64,000 bases of DNA from a virus, in IMG/VR virus record IMGVR_UViG_3300028393_000021; one strand, given 5' to 3'. Both the position numbers and the translations under genes were made by a program. Under the pieces are notes generated by a model. It was not told the DNA's origin, ran no database searches, and saw only the letters and a list, made by a program, of their open reading frames with translations. This document shows positions 1-8,430 of the stretch, in pieces. How positions within the stretch are numbered: position 1 is the first letter of the stretch; every line of letters starts with the position of its first letter.

Positions 1-700
1 CATTTGTATCATTAACGCTACAATCAACAACACGGAAACCATGTTGTGAAAATAGTTTATTGATGCTCTTTAGGTCATAATAATACACATGCTCATGACA
101 GATATTATCAAATGCCAATTGATTCATCATCAATGGAGTATAACTCATTTGAAGAACAGCAACACCATCATCGTCAAGAATATCATACAAGTCTTGTACA
201 AATGGATGTGGATTATCTAAATCATAAAACATCGCAATACAAGTAATAACTTTAGCTTTCTTATCTGCAAATGGTGTTTTGTTCCATGCATCCTTACTAA
301 AGAAGTCTTGGACAACAGTGGCTACTTTACTGCTTTCAGCATAGAAAGATTCGTCACATGGATCAATACCCACTTTGGTTAAGTTGTTTGGTACAGCTTT
401 TAACAATGTTCCGTCATTACACGCAATGTCAAGCCAAATATCATCATCTTTTAATTTAACTCTAGAAGTAATTTCTTTAACAATCCCCTGAAGTTCAATA
501 GTCATGCTGGTATTAATAGCACTACGGTACCAATATTTGCCCCACATGGTATGTGCTGGCGCAATGTTCATTAATCGAGGAGCTCCTAGGTCTTCATCTA
601 GGTATAGATCTAAACTATACTTTGTACGTCCCTCCATTTCGCTGTCTTCTTTAATAAAATCACTTACATAGTGATTGCCGAGTTCAAGTAATTTTTTCAT
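1..700 (-). CDS. Class I SAM-dependent methyltransferase, NDP-sugar C-methyltransferase-like (partial, runs off window edge)
   Basis: Not in the ORF track. Manual translation from ATG 700: MKKLLELGNHYVSDF...WLDIACNDGTLL (SAM motif I)...IAMFYDL...QLAFDNICHEHVYYY; frame open to base 1. Confidence 0.75.
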   Translation of the reverse strand, partial: MKKLLELGNHYVSDFIKEDSEMEGRTKYSLDLYLDEDLGAPRLMNIAPAHTMWGKYWYRSAINTSMTIELQGIVKEITSRVKLKDDDIWLDIACNDGTLLKAVPNNLTKVGIDPCDESFYAESSKVATVVQDFFSKDAWNKTPFADKKAKVITCIAMFYDLDNPHPFVQDLYDILDDDGVAVLQMSYTPLMMNQLAFDNICHEHVYYYDLKSINKLFSQHGFRVVDCSVNDTN

Positions 701-702
701 AA

Positions 703-1080
703 TTAGTCCTTATAAGATTTTTCTTCAATTAGTTCAGAATTGCAAAGGATGTTTATTTCCTTTTTAATTTTGCTTCGTTTGTCATTCATTTTGAATATCA
801 TTCTCGATGTTTCAAGATATTCTTCGCCGATGTTATTATCGTTTTCAAGTCGTCTAATATCTTCGCCACCGAACCATATTTTATAATTTACAGTAAGAAG
901 ATCTTTTAGATGCTTGGCAAACTTTTCTTGAACATTTATAAATTCAGGTAAAGCAGTTAATACATCATATTCTTTTGTAATGTTTTTTAATTTATCAGCA
1001 TCGGTTATTTCCATAGATTTAATCTTAAGAACTGTGATCTTATCTACAAGTTCGCCGATGCTAGCGGGTACGTTAATCAT
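703..1080 (-). CDS. Conserved small protein (DUF6165-like) of glycan gene clusters
   Basis: N-terminus INVPASIGELVDKITVLKIK and LLTVNYKIW..EDIR pattern; tightly coupled to neighbours. Confidence 0.55.
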   Translation of the reverse strand: MINVPASIGELVDKITVLKIKSMEITDADKLKNITKEYDVLTALPEFINVQEKFAKHLKDLLTVNYKIWFGGEDIRRLENDNNIGEEYLETSRMIFKMNDKRSKIKKEINILCNSELIEEKSYKD

Positions 1081-1937
1081 TTGCGTTCGATATCCTCTTC
1101 AATACACTTATCACCATATTGAATTTCTATAACTCGTAATGGTAAATCAGTTTCATTGCATAGCTTGTGCCATTGCTCATTACTGATATGTAAATTTTGA
1201 AACTTATTAAAGTTACCAACTAATTCCATATCTGTACTAGCACTATCTAATGTGTATACTGTTGCAGTACCTTCAGCGACAAACCAATGCTCTGCTCTGT
1301 CTTTATGTTTTTGCATACTTAAACAAGTCTTTGGCATTACAGTTAATTCTTTAACTTTAATTTCTTTACCTTGCTCATGTAATACACGATAGTATCCCCA
1401 TTCACGAGAAGTTTTAGGAGCCTTCCATTCTTCAAGTATCCACGATGATGAATTCATTTTATTATCGCCACCGACACTAAATTCAAATGATACGCCTTCT
1501 ACAGACATCTCTGAAATATTCTCACTAGTCCTATCTCCACCATTAGCAAATACTATTTTTGATACTGGAAATTGTTTTTTAATTAGTTCAATAGCATTAA
1601 TGGAATTATTAGTGTCATCATTAAATTCAATGACATGGTCTACCATACTTAGATTGCTAATAATAGCAAAGCGTTCTTGCCAAGTATAAAATGCTCGGCC
1701 TTTTTTTCTTTTCAACCAAGCATCTGAATTAATGCCTACAACTAGTACATCGCCTAATGCTTTGGCAGCATTAAAATATGCAATATGTCCAGAATGTAAC
1801 GGATCAAATCCGCCAGTTACTATAATAACTCGTTCGTCTTTGGAAAGAAGCGTCCGCTCAAGTTTTCCAAAGTCTCTAACATAAACAGTTTTTCCTTTAT
1901 CAGGACTTTCGTATATTTTAGCTGTTGGCGATTGCAT
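1077..1937 (-). CDS. Cytidylyltransferase-family (RfaE-like) nucleotidyltransferase fused to a mannose-6-phosphate-isomerase-type cupin
   Basis: TGGFDPLHSGH (HxGH) motif, VVGINSDAWL, FANGGDR; C-terminal REWGYYRVL...LSMQKHKDRAEHW...IEIQYG cupin. Confidence 0.8.
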   Translation of the reverse strand: MQSPTAKIYESPDKGKTVYVRDFGKLERTLLSKDERVIIVTGGFDPLHSGHIAYFNAAKALGDVLVVGINSDAWLKRKKGRAFYTWQERFAIISNLSMVDHVIEFNDDTNNSINAIELIKKQFPVSKIVFANGGDRTSENISEMSVEGVSFEFSVGGDNKMNSSSWILEEWKAPKTSREWGYYRVLHEQGKEIKVKELTVMPKTCLSMQKHKDRAEHWFVAEGTATVYTLDSASTDMELVGNFNKFQNLHISNEQWHKLCNETDLPLRVIEIQYGDKCIEEDIERK

Positions 1938-2955
1938 GTTGTTGGGCTTTCATTTCAGTTTCACACATTTCAAAAACTAAATCTTTAAATGTGTAAGCAG
2001 GTTTCCAGTTTAACTTTGTGTGCGCTTTAGAGCAATCACCGAAGATATTCGGCACTTCAGCCCTGCGATAGAAATCTGAGTTTACTCTAACCACTGTCTT
2101 ACCTGTAGTTTTGTTAATGCCGATTTCATCTAATCCAGTACCTTGCCATTCAATTTCAAATCCAAGATATGTAGCAACATCATTACAGAAATCTCTAACT
2201 GAATGCTCTTCACCACTAGAGATAACAAAATCTTCAGGTGTGTCTTGTTGTAGGATCGCCCACATTGCAACAACATAGTCCTTGGCATGTCCCCAATCTC
2301 TACGTGCATCTAAGTTGCCTAATTCTAGAATGTCCTGGAGGCCAAGGTGTGTACGGATCATTCCCAGTACAATCTTACGTGTTACAAACTCTGATCCCCT
2401 ACGTGGGCTTTCGTGATTAAACAAAATACCATTACATGCATATAAATTAAAACTCTCACGATAATTTACTGTGATCCAATAGCCAAACAATTTTGCAACT
2501 GCATATGGGCTTCTTGGATAGAATGGAGTATTTTCTGTTTGTGGAATTTCTTTAACCTTGCCATACAACTCACTAGTTGACGCTTGATAGAATCTAACTT
2601 CCTTATGATCAGAAAGTTTCTTAACTGCTTCTAATAATTTTAAAACACCGATTGCATTTACATCGCCTGTATAAGTTGGGCAATCATAACTAACACTTAC
2701 ATGACTTTGAGCGCCTAAGTTATATACTTCATCTGGTTTAACTTTTAAAAGAATATCATTTAAATTAGCGCAATCTGTTAAATCACTATAGTGAAAATGT
2801 ATTTTATCTTTAATCGATTCAATGTTTGCAGTGTTTAATCCTGTGCTAGATCTACGAACCAAGCCATGAACTTCGTAATCTTTCTCTAGCAAAAGTTCTG
2901 CTAAGTAGCTTCCGTCTTGTCCAGTGATGCCTGTGATCAGCGCAATTTTTTTCAT
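1918..2955 (-). CDS. gmd: GDP-mannose 4,6-dehydratase
   Basis: ITGITGQDGSYLAE, NLGAQSHV, YQASTSELYG, PRSPYAVAK, LFNHESPRRG, RDWGHAKDYV. Confidence 0.95.
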   Translation of the reverse strand: MKKIALITGITGQDGSYLAELLLEKDYEVHGLVRRSSTGLNTANIESIKDKIHFHYSDLTDCANLNDILLKVKPDEVYNLGAQSHVSVSYDCPTYTGDVNAIGVLKLLEAVKKLSDHKEVRFYQASTSELYGKVKEIPQTENTPFYPRSPYAVAKLFGYWITVNYRESFNLYACNGILFNHESPRRGSEFVTRKIVLGMIRTHLGLQDILELGNLDARRDWGHAKDYVVAMWAILQQDTPEDFVISSGEEHSVRDFCNDVATYLGFEIEWQGTGLDEIGINKTTGKTVVRVNSDFYRRAEVPNIFGDCSKAHTKLNWKPAYTFKDLVFEMCETEMKAQQHAIANS

Positions 2956-2998
2956 TTGTAATTCCTTTAATTATTTGCCTTTTGCGTCAGCGTGTTAT

Positions 2999-3028
2999 AT
3001 TATATATGCTTTTTAAAGCCGCTGTCAA
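2999..3028 (-). promoter_or_regulatory. sigma70-type promoter upstream of gmd
   Basis: Minus strand TTGACA-N18-TATAAT; AAGGA RBS before the ATG at 2955. Confidence 0.75.
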
Positions 3029-3047
3029 TAAGATATTGGCTTTTAAT

Positions 3048-3071
3048 AAAGAAAACCTGCCAAAGCAGATT
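3048..3071 (-). terminator. Probable intrinsic terminator
   Basis: AAUCUGC-UUUG-GCAGGUU stem followed by UUUCUUU, right after the 3074 stop codon. Confidence 0.5.
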
Positions 3072-3073
3072 AA

Positions 3074-3769
3074 TTATTTTACATAGAGAGCAGGAGGGTA
3101 TCTAGTTTGATAGTGATTAGTATTGTTATCGTGTGACTCATGGAAACTATATGCATTTGGCTTTCCTAAGCCGATCCAAAATTCTGCATCCATTCTATGC
3201 ATATAGCCATGCGGTCCAAAATTAAATTGACCAAAATAATTATTGTCTTCTGGCATCCGGAATGGCGGCAATTTTTTAATATAGCTACTAGTTGCCCACC
3301 AAAAATTTCCACTATAATGTAAATGGTGATAATCACCTCGCCATATTACTCCAGCAGTATCATATCCTTGATCTAATTTATCAACACAATCTTTCCATTG
3401 TGTAACATTAAAATACATCATTAAATCGCGCCAATCATCTACTGATGGATTACCCATATGTGTTATACCTTTCTGATGTATATATAACACATATGTTTCT
3501 TCAGAAACATTATCGCAATATTCTTTAAGACGTTTAAGTGTAGGGATTTCCCAATCTTCTGGTTTTATACGTTGATCAATATAAGATATATTTTTATAAT
3601 CTTTTAATCGATCCTTTAACCAATCATAGTTAGCAATGTCATAATTGCAATAAAAAAACAATTCACTATGATCTATAATACCTGAATTAACAATTGTATT
3701 AATTTGAGATTCAATAATAGGACGACCGACAGGAAAGTCGGTCATGTGATAAAATACCGCTAATTTCAT
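3074..3769 (-). CDS. Hypothetical protein, probably glycosyltransferase-related
   Basis: 231-aa ORF with YIHQKG, WRDLMMYF, HYSGNFWWA and DAEFWIG motifs; sits in the glycan cluster. Confidence 0.45.
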   Translation of the reverse strand: MKLAVFYHMTDFPVGRPIIESQINTIVNSGIIDHSELFFYCNYDIANYDWLKDRLKDYKNISYIDQRIKPEDWEIPTLKRLKEYCDNVSEETYVLYIHQKGITHMGNPSVDDWRDLMMYFNVTQWKDCVDKLDQGYDTAGVIWRGDYHHLHYSGNFWWATSSYIKKLPPFRMPEDNNYFGQFNFGPHGYMHRMDAEFWIGLGKPNAYSFHESHDNNTNHYQTRYPPALYVK

Positions 3770-3859
3770 TTTTACTTATTTCTTTTTCCTAATAACTTGT
3801 GTAGCAAGTCTTTCCATTAGGGTTAGATTTTTACATGACATAATTTTTTTATTGAAATG

Positions 3860-3946
3860 ACGGACTCCTTAGGGATTGAATATAGCCTCCGCCTAGCCGA
3901 TGTAGTTTTTCACTACCCCAAGCCGCTATGCAACTTTAGCCCTACA
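3860..3946 (-). ncRNA. Candidate structured RNA with a T-loop hairpin (family unknown)
   Basis: Intergenic and GC-richer than flanks. Nested UAGGG/CCCUA and AUAGC/GCUAU stems; GUAG-UGAAA-AA-CUAC hairpin; TAAATA late-promoter motif at 3955-3960 just upstream. Confidence 0.4.
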
Positions 3947-3957
3947 AGATATAATAT

Positions 3958-4104
3958 TTAATCAATCCGGCTGTAGTTAAGTACAGTACCTGAACCATAT
4001 TGTGATTCGGCAATCATTTTGGCTTGCCAATCATTATCTGCATTAACCACAACATTGGCGGTTTGATATTGATTAAGTCTAATCCAAACTGTATATTTGT
4101 ACAT
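3958..4104 (-). CDS. Small hypothetical protein (48 aa, MYKYTVWIRLNQYQ...LNYSRID)
   Basis: Below the ORF-track cutoff; ATG 4104 with AAGGA RBS, fills the gap after the csp gene. Confidence 0.65.
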   Translation of the reverse strand: MYKYTVWIRLNQYQTANVVVNADNDWQAKMIAESQYGSGTVLNYSRID

Positions 4105-4113
4105 GATAAATCC

Positions 4114-4320
4114 TTACTTTACTAGTTGAATGTTTTGAGCCTGTTTTCCATTTTTACCATCGATGATTTCAAATTCTACAAGATCGTCTGGTTTCAAACT
4201 TTTGTATCCCTCTATTTGAATTTGACTATAATGTGCAAACACATCATCGCTACCCGATTCTGGAACAATAAATCCAAAACCTTTGGAATTATTAAACCAT
4301 TTTACCTTACCTTTTACCAT
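4114..4320 (-). CDS. Cold-shock domain protein, CspD-like
   Basis: [14 protein letters not shown] (RNP1) and [15 protein letters not shown]; FAHYS is the CspD-type form of RNP2. Confidence 0.9.
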   Translation of the reverse strand: MVKGKVKWFNNSKGFGFIVPESGSDDVFAHYSQIQIEGYKSLKPDDLVEFEIIDGKNGKQAQNIQLVK

Positions 4321-4340
4321 ATTACTTTGCCTTCTTTATG

Positions 4341-4374
4341 TATTTATTATACTGTGTTTTAGTCAACTTGTCAA
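4341..4374 (-). promoter_or_regulatory. Consensus sigma70 promoter overlapping a late-type TAAATA motif
   Basis: TTGACA(4374-4369)-N17-TATAAT(4351-4346), continuing as AAATA. Confidence 0.8.
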
Positions 4375-4377
4375 CCA

Positions 4378-5241
4378 TTATGTTTTAGTTGGGCGCCAGC
4401 AACTTACCCAATTTGCATTATCTGCGGTCATTCCGTTTGGATATGACTTAGTTAGATCGCCATCATCTGGATTATTTTTACCACCGCTAGGAGTTTGATT
4501 GCCGCCTACAAATGTATACTTTCCATTTACCGCAGTATAAACAAAGTTAACATGCCTATAACTCCAAAATGCAATATCGCCGGGCTGAGCTTGATTCTTT
4601 GGAACCGATGTGGCACCCCATTTTTCTGGATTAGTTGTAATTGCGGCTGCACTGGCAGTTTGAAAATATCTATAGCCTGAACTTTTAAGGGCATAATTTA
4701 CAAATCCCATACACCAAGCAGTTTGATCTGTAGTCCACGGGTTGTTTTTTGGATATCCTAAATTTTGCCAAATTCCTGTAATAGTAGGATTACTTGGTTT
4801 ACCGCCTTGGCCGGTTTCTCTCCATTTACCTTGTGCTGCCTCATCAAGACACTGTGTTAAGAATGGAACAATGCTTGTAAAAGTACTATCAGTTGAAATA
4901 CTTGATGTTGCAGTTGTTGATGTTGTACTGTCATCAACTGTTCCGGCGCCTGCATTGCCCTTAACTCCATCAGCTGTGGCCGCTGCACTATATGACGGGC
5001 CCGGTTGTCCTGGATTTGTAACTTGTTGTGCTATTAGTGAATCTATCTGACTAGCTGCTGCGGCTTGAACTGTGGAATCTAAAGCCACTGCAACACTAAC
5101 ACTGACACTACCAAATGTTCCGCTTTCTCCAGGGGGTTTCCACAATGCTACTAATGTATTGTTTATATAAACATTCCCGGTATGATAAACGTCAGCTACG
5201 TGAACTACCCCGTGTGCTACTGATCCTGGCTGGTATGGCAT
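4378..5241 (-). CDS. Virion (baseplate/tail) protein with C-terminal CHAP/NlpC-P60-like domain (TIGR02594-like)
   Basis: TAWCMGFVNYAL (Cys), PGDIAFW..RHVNFV (His), VGGNQ; TAAATA at 5262-5267. Confidence 0.65.
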   Translation of the reverse strand: MPYQPGSVAHGVVHVADVYHTGNVYINNTLVALWKPPGESGTFGSVSVSVAVALDSTVQAAAASQIDSLIAQQVTNPGQPGPSYSAAATADGVKGNAGAGTVDDSTTSTTATSSISTDSTFTSIVPFLTQCLDEAAQGKWRETGQGGKPSNPTITGIWQNLGYPKNNPWTTDQTAWCMGFVNYALKSSGYRYFQTASAAAITTNPEKWGATSVPKNQAQPGDIAFWSYRHVNFVYTAVNGKYTFVGGNQTPSGGKNNPDDGDLTKSYPNGMTADNANWVSCWRPTKT

Positions 5242-5264
5242 AAAGTTAATTTCCTATCACTTAT

Positions 5265-5558
5265 TTAACTCAATGCAATACCAGTAGTACCTTCTAGATA
5301 TTGTTTAGCTGCTTCGCCCTTACTTTCTACAACAAAAAATGTGTTGCTTCTGCTAAGTGTAACAGCAGAGTCTTTACCTAAGAACACCCAAGGAATCATT
5401 CCAAGTCCTTGACCGTTCATGGTCAATGCTAGAGGGCGACTAACTGTAACAGTATCTGCGTCCTCTTTTTCAAACCTAGCAATAATTTCATCACCGTTGA
5501 TTAGTTTGATACTTACTACATCTCCACTGGAGAAATTCTTACTGACATTGATTAGCAT
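5265..5558 (-). CDS. Conserved phage hypothetical protein, possibly Sm-like fold
   Basis: GDVVSIKLINGDEIIARF beta-strand pattern. Confidence 0.45.
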   Translation of the reverse strand: MLINVSKNFSSGDVVSIKLINGDEIIARFEKEDADTVTVSRPLALTMNGQGLGMIPWVFLGKDSAVTLSRSNTFFVVESKGEAAKQYLEGTTGIALS

Positions 5559-5559
5559 T

Positions 5560-6036
5560 TTATTCCTTTGTTTCTTTTGGTAAATCGCACAAGGCTTCTA
5601 GAGTCTTGTAATTGTTGTAGGCTTTCTTTAGTGCCTCAAAGTGTTCTAACTTGGCAGGGTCTGGCACTAGTATGGCCAACCGACTCTGTATATCATCTAA
5701 TATTTTGGCAATACTAACGCCTTTGATTTTAACATCACCCTCAAAGTTAGCATCGCCGCTGACACTTAATGATGGGGGGGTAGATGACGATGTTACTATA
5801 CTTGGAGCACTGCTCCAAGTAGTTCCATTCATTCCGTTATATAGATACTGACCAGCGGAACCTGTAGAATTTATAGTATAATTTGATGTATTCCATAATG
5901 ATGTATCGAGGGTAATAGTATTAGATGCTGCTTCCTCAATTTCTTGAGTTGCAATCTCTGTCTCGTCTGCCCATTTAAACTCGTTTGGTTTAATGTTTGC
6001 TAGAGCTTCTTTGATTTTATCAAACCCATTAACCAT
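5560..6036 (-). CDS. Hypothetical protein
   Basis: 158-aa ORF tightly packed in the operon. Confidence 0.6.
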   Translation of the reverse strand: MVNGFDKIKEALANIKPNEFKWADETEIATQEIEEAASNTITLDTSLWNTSNYTINSTGSAGQYLYNGMNGTTWSSAPSIVTSSSTPPSLSVSGDANFEGDVKIKGVSIAKILDDIQSRLAILVPDPAKLEHFEALKKAYNNYKTLEALCDLPKETKE

Positions 6037-6253
6037 TTAAATGTGCCTTTAATTCAGTAAAGCCGCCAATTACCACATCGTCGATAATAATTTGTGGAAC
6101 TGACCGGGCAGTTGGGATTGCTTCTAGCAATTCTTCTCTACTATATCCATCACCAATTTTACGTTCTTCAAATGCGATATCACGTTGACCTAACAATGCT
6201 TTGGCCTGATCACAATATGGGCAGTGATACTTACTCCATACAACAACTTTCAT
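6029..6253 (-). CDS. Glutaredoxin
   Basis: CPYC active site, RSVPQIII, IGGFTEL. Confidence 0.93.
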   Translation of the reverse strand: MKVVVWSKYHCPYCDQAKALLGQRDIAFEERKIGDGYSREELLEAIPTARSVPQIIIDDVVIGGFTELKAHLNG

Positions 6254-6266
6254 TTTTATTTTCCTT

Positions 6267-6650
6267 TTAAATTATATTATGTTTCTTTTTATAGTCTTCA
6301 ACGGCTGCAGAAATTGCTGATTCTGCCAAAATACTACAATGTATCTTAACTGGGGGCAGGGCTAGTTCTTCTGCAATTTGATTGTTTTTGAGTTTAATAG
6401 CATCATCAATATGCATACCTTTAACCCACTCTGTAACCAACGAGCTACTGGCAATTGCTGAACCACATCCATATGTCTTGAAACGAGCATCTCTAATAAT
6501 ACCATTTTCATCTACCTTTATCTGTAATTTCATCACATCCCCGCAAGCAGGGGCCCCGACCATACCTGTACCAACTGTATCGTCGATTTCAAACTTACCC
6601 ACATTACGAGGGTTTTCATAGTGGTCAATTACGGCAGCTGAATAAGACAT
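6267..6650 (-). CDS. iscU: Fe-S cluster scaffold protein IscU
   Basis: VIDHYENPRNVG, GAPACGDVM, FKTYGCGSAIAS, LPPVKIHCS; all three Cys plus Asp and His ligands present. Confidence 0.93.
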   Translation of the reverse strand: MSYSAAVIDHYENPRNVGKFEIDDTVGTGMVGAPACGDVMKLQIKVDENGIIRDARFKTYGCGSAIASSSLVTEWVKGMHIDDAIKLKNNQIAEELALPPVKIHCSILAESAISAAVEDYKKKHNII

Positions 6651-6654
6651 AATT

Positions 6655-7746
6655 TTACAAGTCCGGTAATTCTTCGTATGTTACAGAGTCCGACATTACC
6701 CCAATAACATAATTCGTACTTTCAGTTTCCTGAAGTGCCGACTGCTTCTTGCCGATGTTGACATGCTTATTAAACCATGGGATAGGACTAGATTTAGGAT
6801 GTTCACCTAGATACTTAATGCCAATATCCTTGAGACGATTAAATGCGGTATAATCAACAAAATCGCTTAGGATAGCGGCATTAAGACCAATAACTGGTCC
6901 TAGTTTAAACAAATAGGTTGCCCAGGCCTTTTCTTCTTTTATAACTTCCATATACATAGCATAAACTTCATCTCGACATTCTTCAACTAGATTAGCAAAA
7001 TCAGCATCATCTTTTACTACATTATTAATAATCCAGGCAGTCCAATCTGCGTGTAGGATTTCGTCTTGTAGGATCAAGCTGATAATGTTGCCATTACCGA
7101 TGTAGATTTTATTCTCTACCATGGCTAGACTTGTGGCAAATGAAACCATAAAGCGGAACGCTTCTAATGCATAGCTAGCATGTAATGCAAGCCAAATGGC
7201 TTTCTTATGTTCGTGTAGATCAATATCCTCACCACATGCTTTTCGACAATTGAGAATGTGTAAGGCTTCGTAGTAGCGACCAATACTAGCAGCCATTTCT
7301 ACAATTTCTGTAGTGTCGTGAATCTTATTAAATTCTTCTTTAGGTACTCCATATACGTTACGAATAATGTGACTGTAGCTTTTGCTATGAATATTTGTCT
7401 CGAACATCGACCAAATAGATACTAACGACTCAAGTTCAGGTAAACTAACAACGGGACTAAAAATTTGAACCGGTGCTCGACCCTGAATGCTGTCTAATGC
7501 TGTCTGTCTTAACAAGTTACTGGTAAAAATATGTTTAACTGCCTCACTTGCATCTTTGTGGTCCATTTTGTCTTTAGTGAGACTAATTTCCTCCGGCACC
7601 CAAAAAAATCCTCTTTGTAGTTCTTCAAACTTTGCAATTTTAGGCTGTCGATATTCTTCAAATCGTTGCACAGTTACTACACCATCTAAAAACATTTTTC
7701 GTTTTAAATAGTTAGTAGGTTTAGATAGGTCATATGTATTTGTCAT
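6655..7746 (-). CDS. nrdB: Ribonucleotide reductase class Ia beta subunit
   Basis: FFWVPEEI, LDSIQGR, ET(N)IHSKSY (radical Tyr), LEAFRFMVSFA, QDEILH. Confidence 0.95.
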   Translation of the reverse strand: MTNTYDLSKPTNYLKRKMFLDGVVTVQRFEEYRQPKIAKFEELQRGFFWVPEEISLTKDKMDHKDASEAVKHIFTSNLLRQTALDSIQGRAPVQIFSPVVSLPELESLVSIWSMFETNIHSKSYSHIIRNVYGVPKEEFNKIHDTTEIVEMAASIGRYYEALHILNCRKACGEDIDLHEHKKAIWLALHASYALEAFRFMVSFATSLAMVENKIYIGNGNIISLILQDEILHADWTAWIINNVVKDDADFANLVEECRDEVYAMYMEVIKEEKAWATYLFKLGPVIGLNAAILSDFVDYTAFNRLKDIGIKYLGEHPKSSPIPWFNKHVNIGKKQSALQETESTNYVIGVMSDSVTYEELPDL

Positions 7747-7937
7747 TATTTTTCCTTACAGTTATCAAAATGCCAACGACCCATTGATATTGCGCCACCC
7801 TCTTTATTACAATGAGGACAGATTTTATTAGGCCTTGGTTTGTTCTTTAGTGTTTCTCTTATTTTATTCTTTGTGTCTTCAGAATGGAAAACAGGACCAT
7901 TCCCGCCATTCTTTTTTTGTGTTTTGCTAATGTTCTG
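7746..7937 (-). pseudogene. C-terminal remnant of a homing endonuclease (NUMOD3-like helix + CPHC..RWHFDNCK)
   Basis: Start-less frame QNISKTQKK...HSEDTKNKIRETLK...ICPHCNKEGG...RWHFDNCKEK*; its TAA overlaps the nrdB ATG (TAATG). Confidence 0.7.
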
Positions 7938-8430
7938 TCACTTTGAATATTTGTTCTAACCATAATTTACAGTCATTCCATTTTTTATATATGTGTGACT
8001 GTCCGCCCGCATTTTCCCATTCTTGACAATTGCTGATTCTATCATCTATCAATATGTCTCCTGATTTGCAATGCTTCCATTTGTCGGTACTGTAAGGACC
8101 AAGGAAAACAGGAATACCGGGAAAATGTTCTTGCGCCCAAAAAACTTTATCTTGTATGGCCCATTGCATGTCGTTGTTGCGCGGTAATGCTGATAGAAAA
8201 AATAAATTCTCTACTTTGCCAGATTCAACAAGATCACGACAATATTGCACTAGGTCATGTGCATTATCTTTCAAAGGCAAATGGCGATAAAATCTAGAGT
8301 TCATTTTGATTTTATCCCAATCCTCCTGGGGAATACGGCCGCCTTCTCTTTCCCATTTCATTTTAAGAAATTCTTCTGCACTAGTATGCCAATCGGCTAC
8401 TACGTCATCCATGTCTAAATATATGTTCAT
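7927..8430 (-). CDS. 5'(3')-deoxyribonucleotidase (HAD, NT5C-like)
   Basis: IYLDMDDVVADW (DxDxV), FLSA, KVFWAQEHFP, LIDDRISN; likely start ATG 8430 (ORF track extends to 8442). Confidence 0.8.
   Translation of the reverse strand: MNIYLDMDDVVADWHTSAEEFLKMKWEREGGRIPQEDWDKIKMNSRFYRHLPLKDNAHDLVQYCRDLVESGKVENLFFLSALPRNNDMQWAIQDKVFWAQEHFPGIPVFLGPYSTDKWKHCKSGDILIDDRISNCQEWENAGGQSHIYKKWNDCKLWLEQIFKVTEH

Noticed and set aside
3776-3841. 21-aa ORF MSCKNLTLMERLATQVIRKKK
   Set aside because: Very short and the nearest SD-like AAGGAG is about 24 nt upstream; cannot be supported.
3860-3946. Assignment as an FMN or cobalamin riboswitch
   Set aside because: Only one T-loop hairpin matches; the other conserved cores are missing. 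Kept as an unknown RNA candidate.
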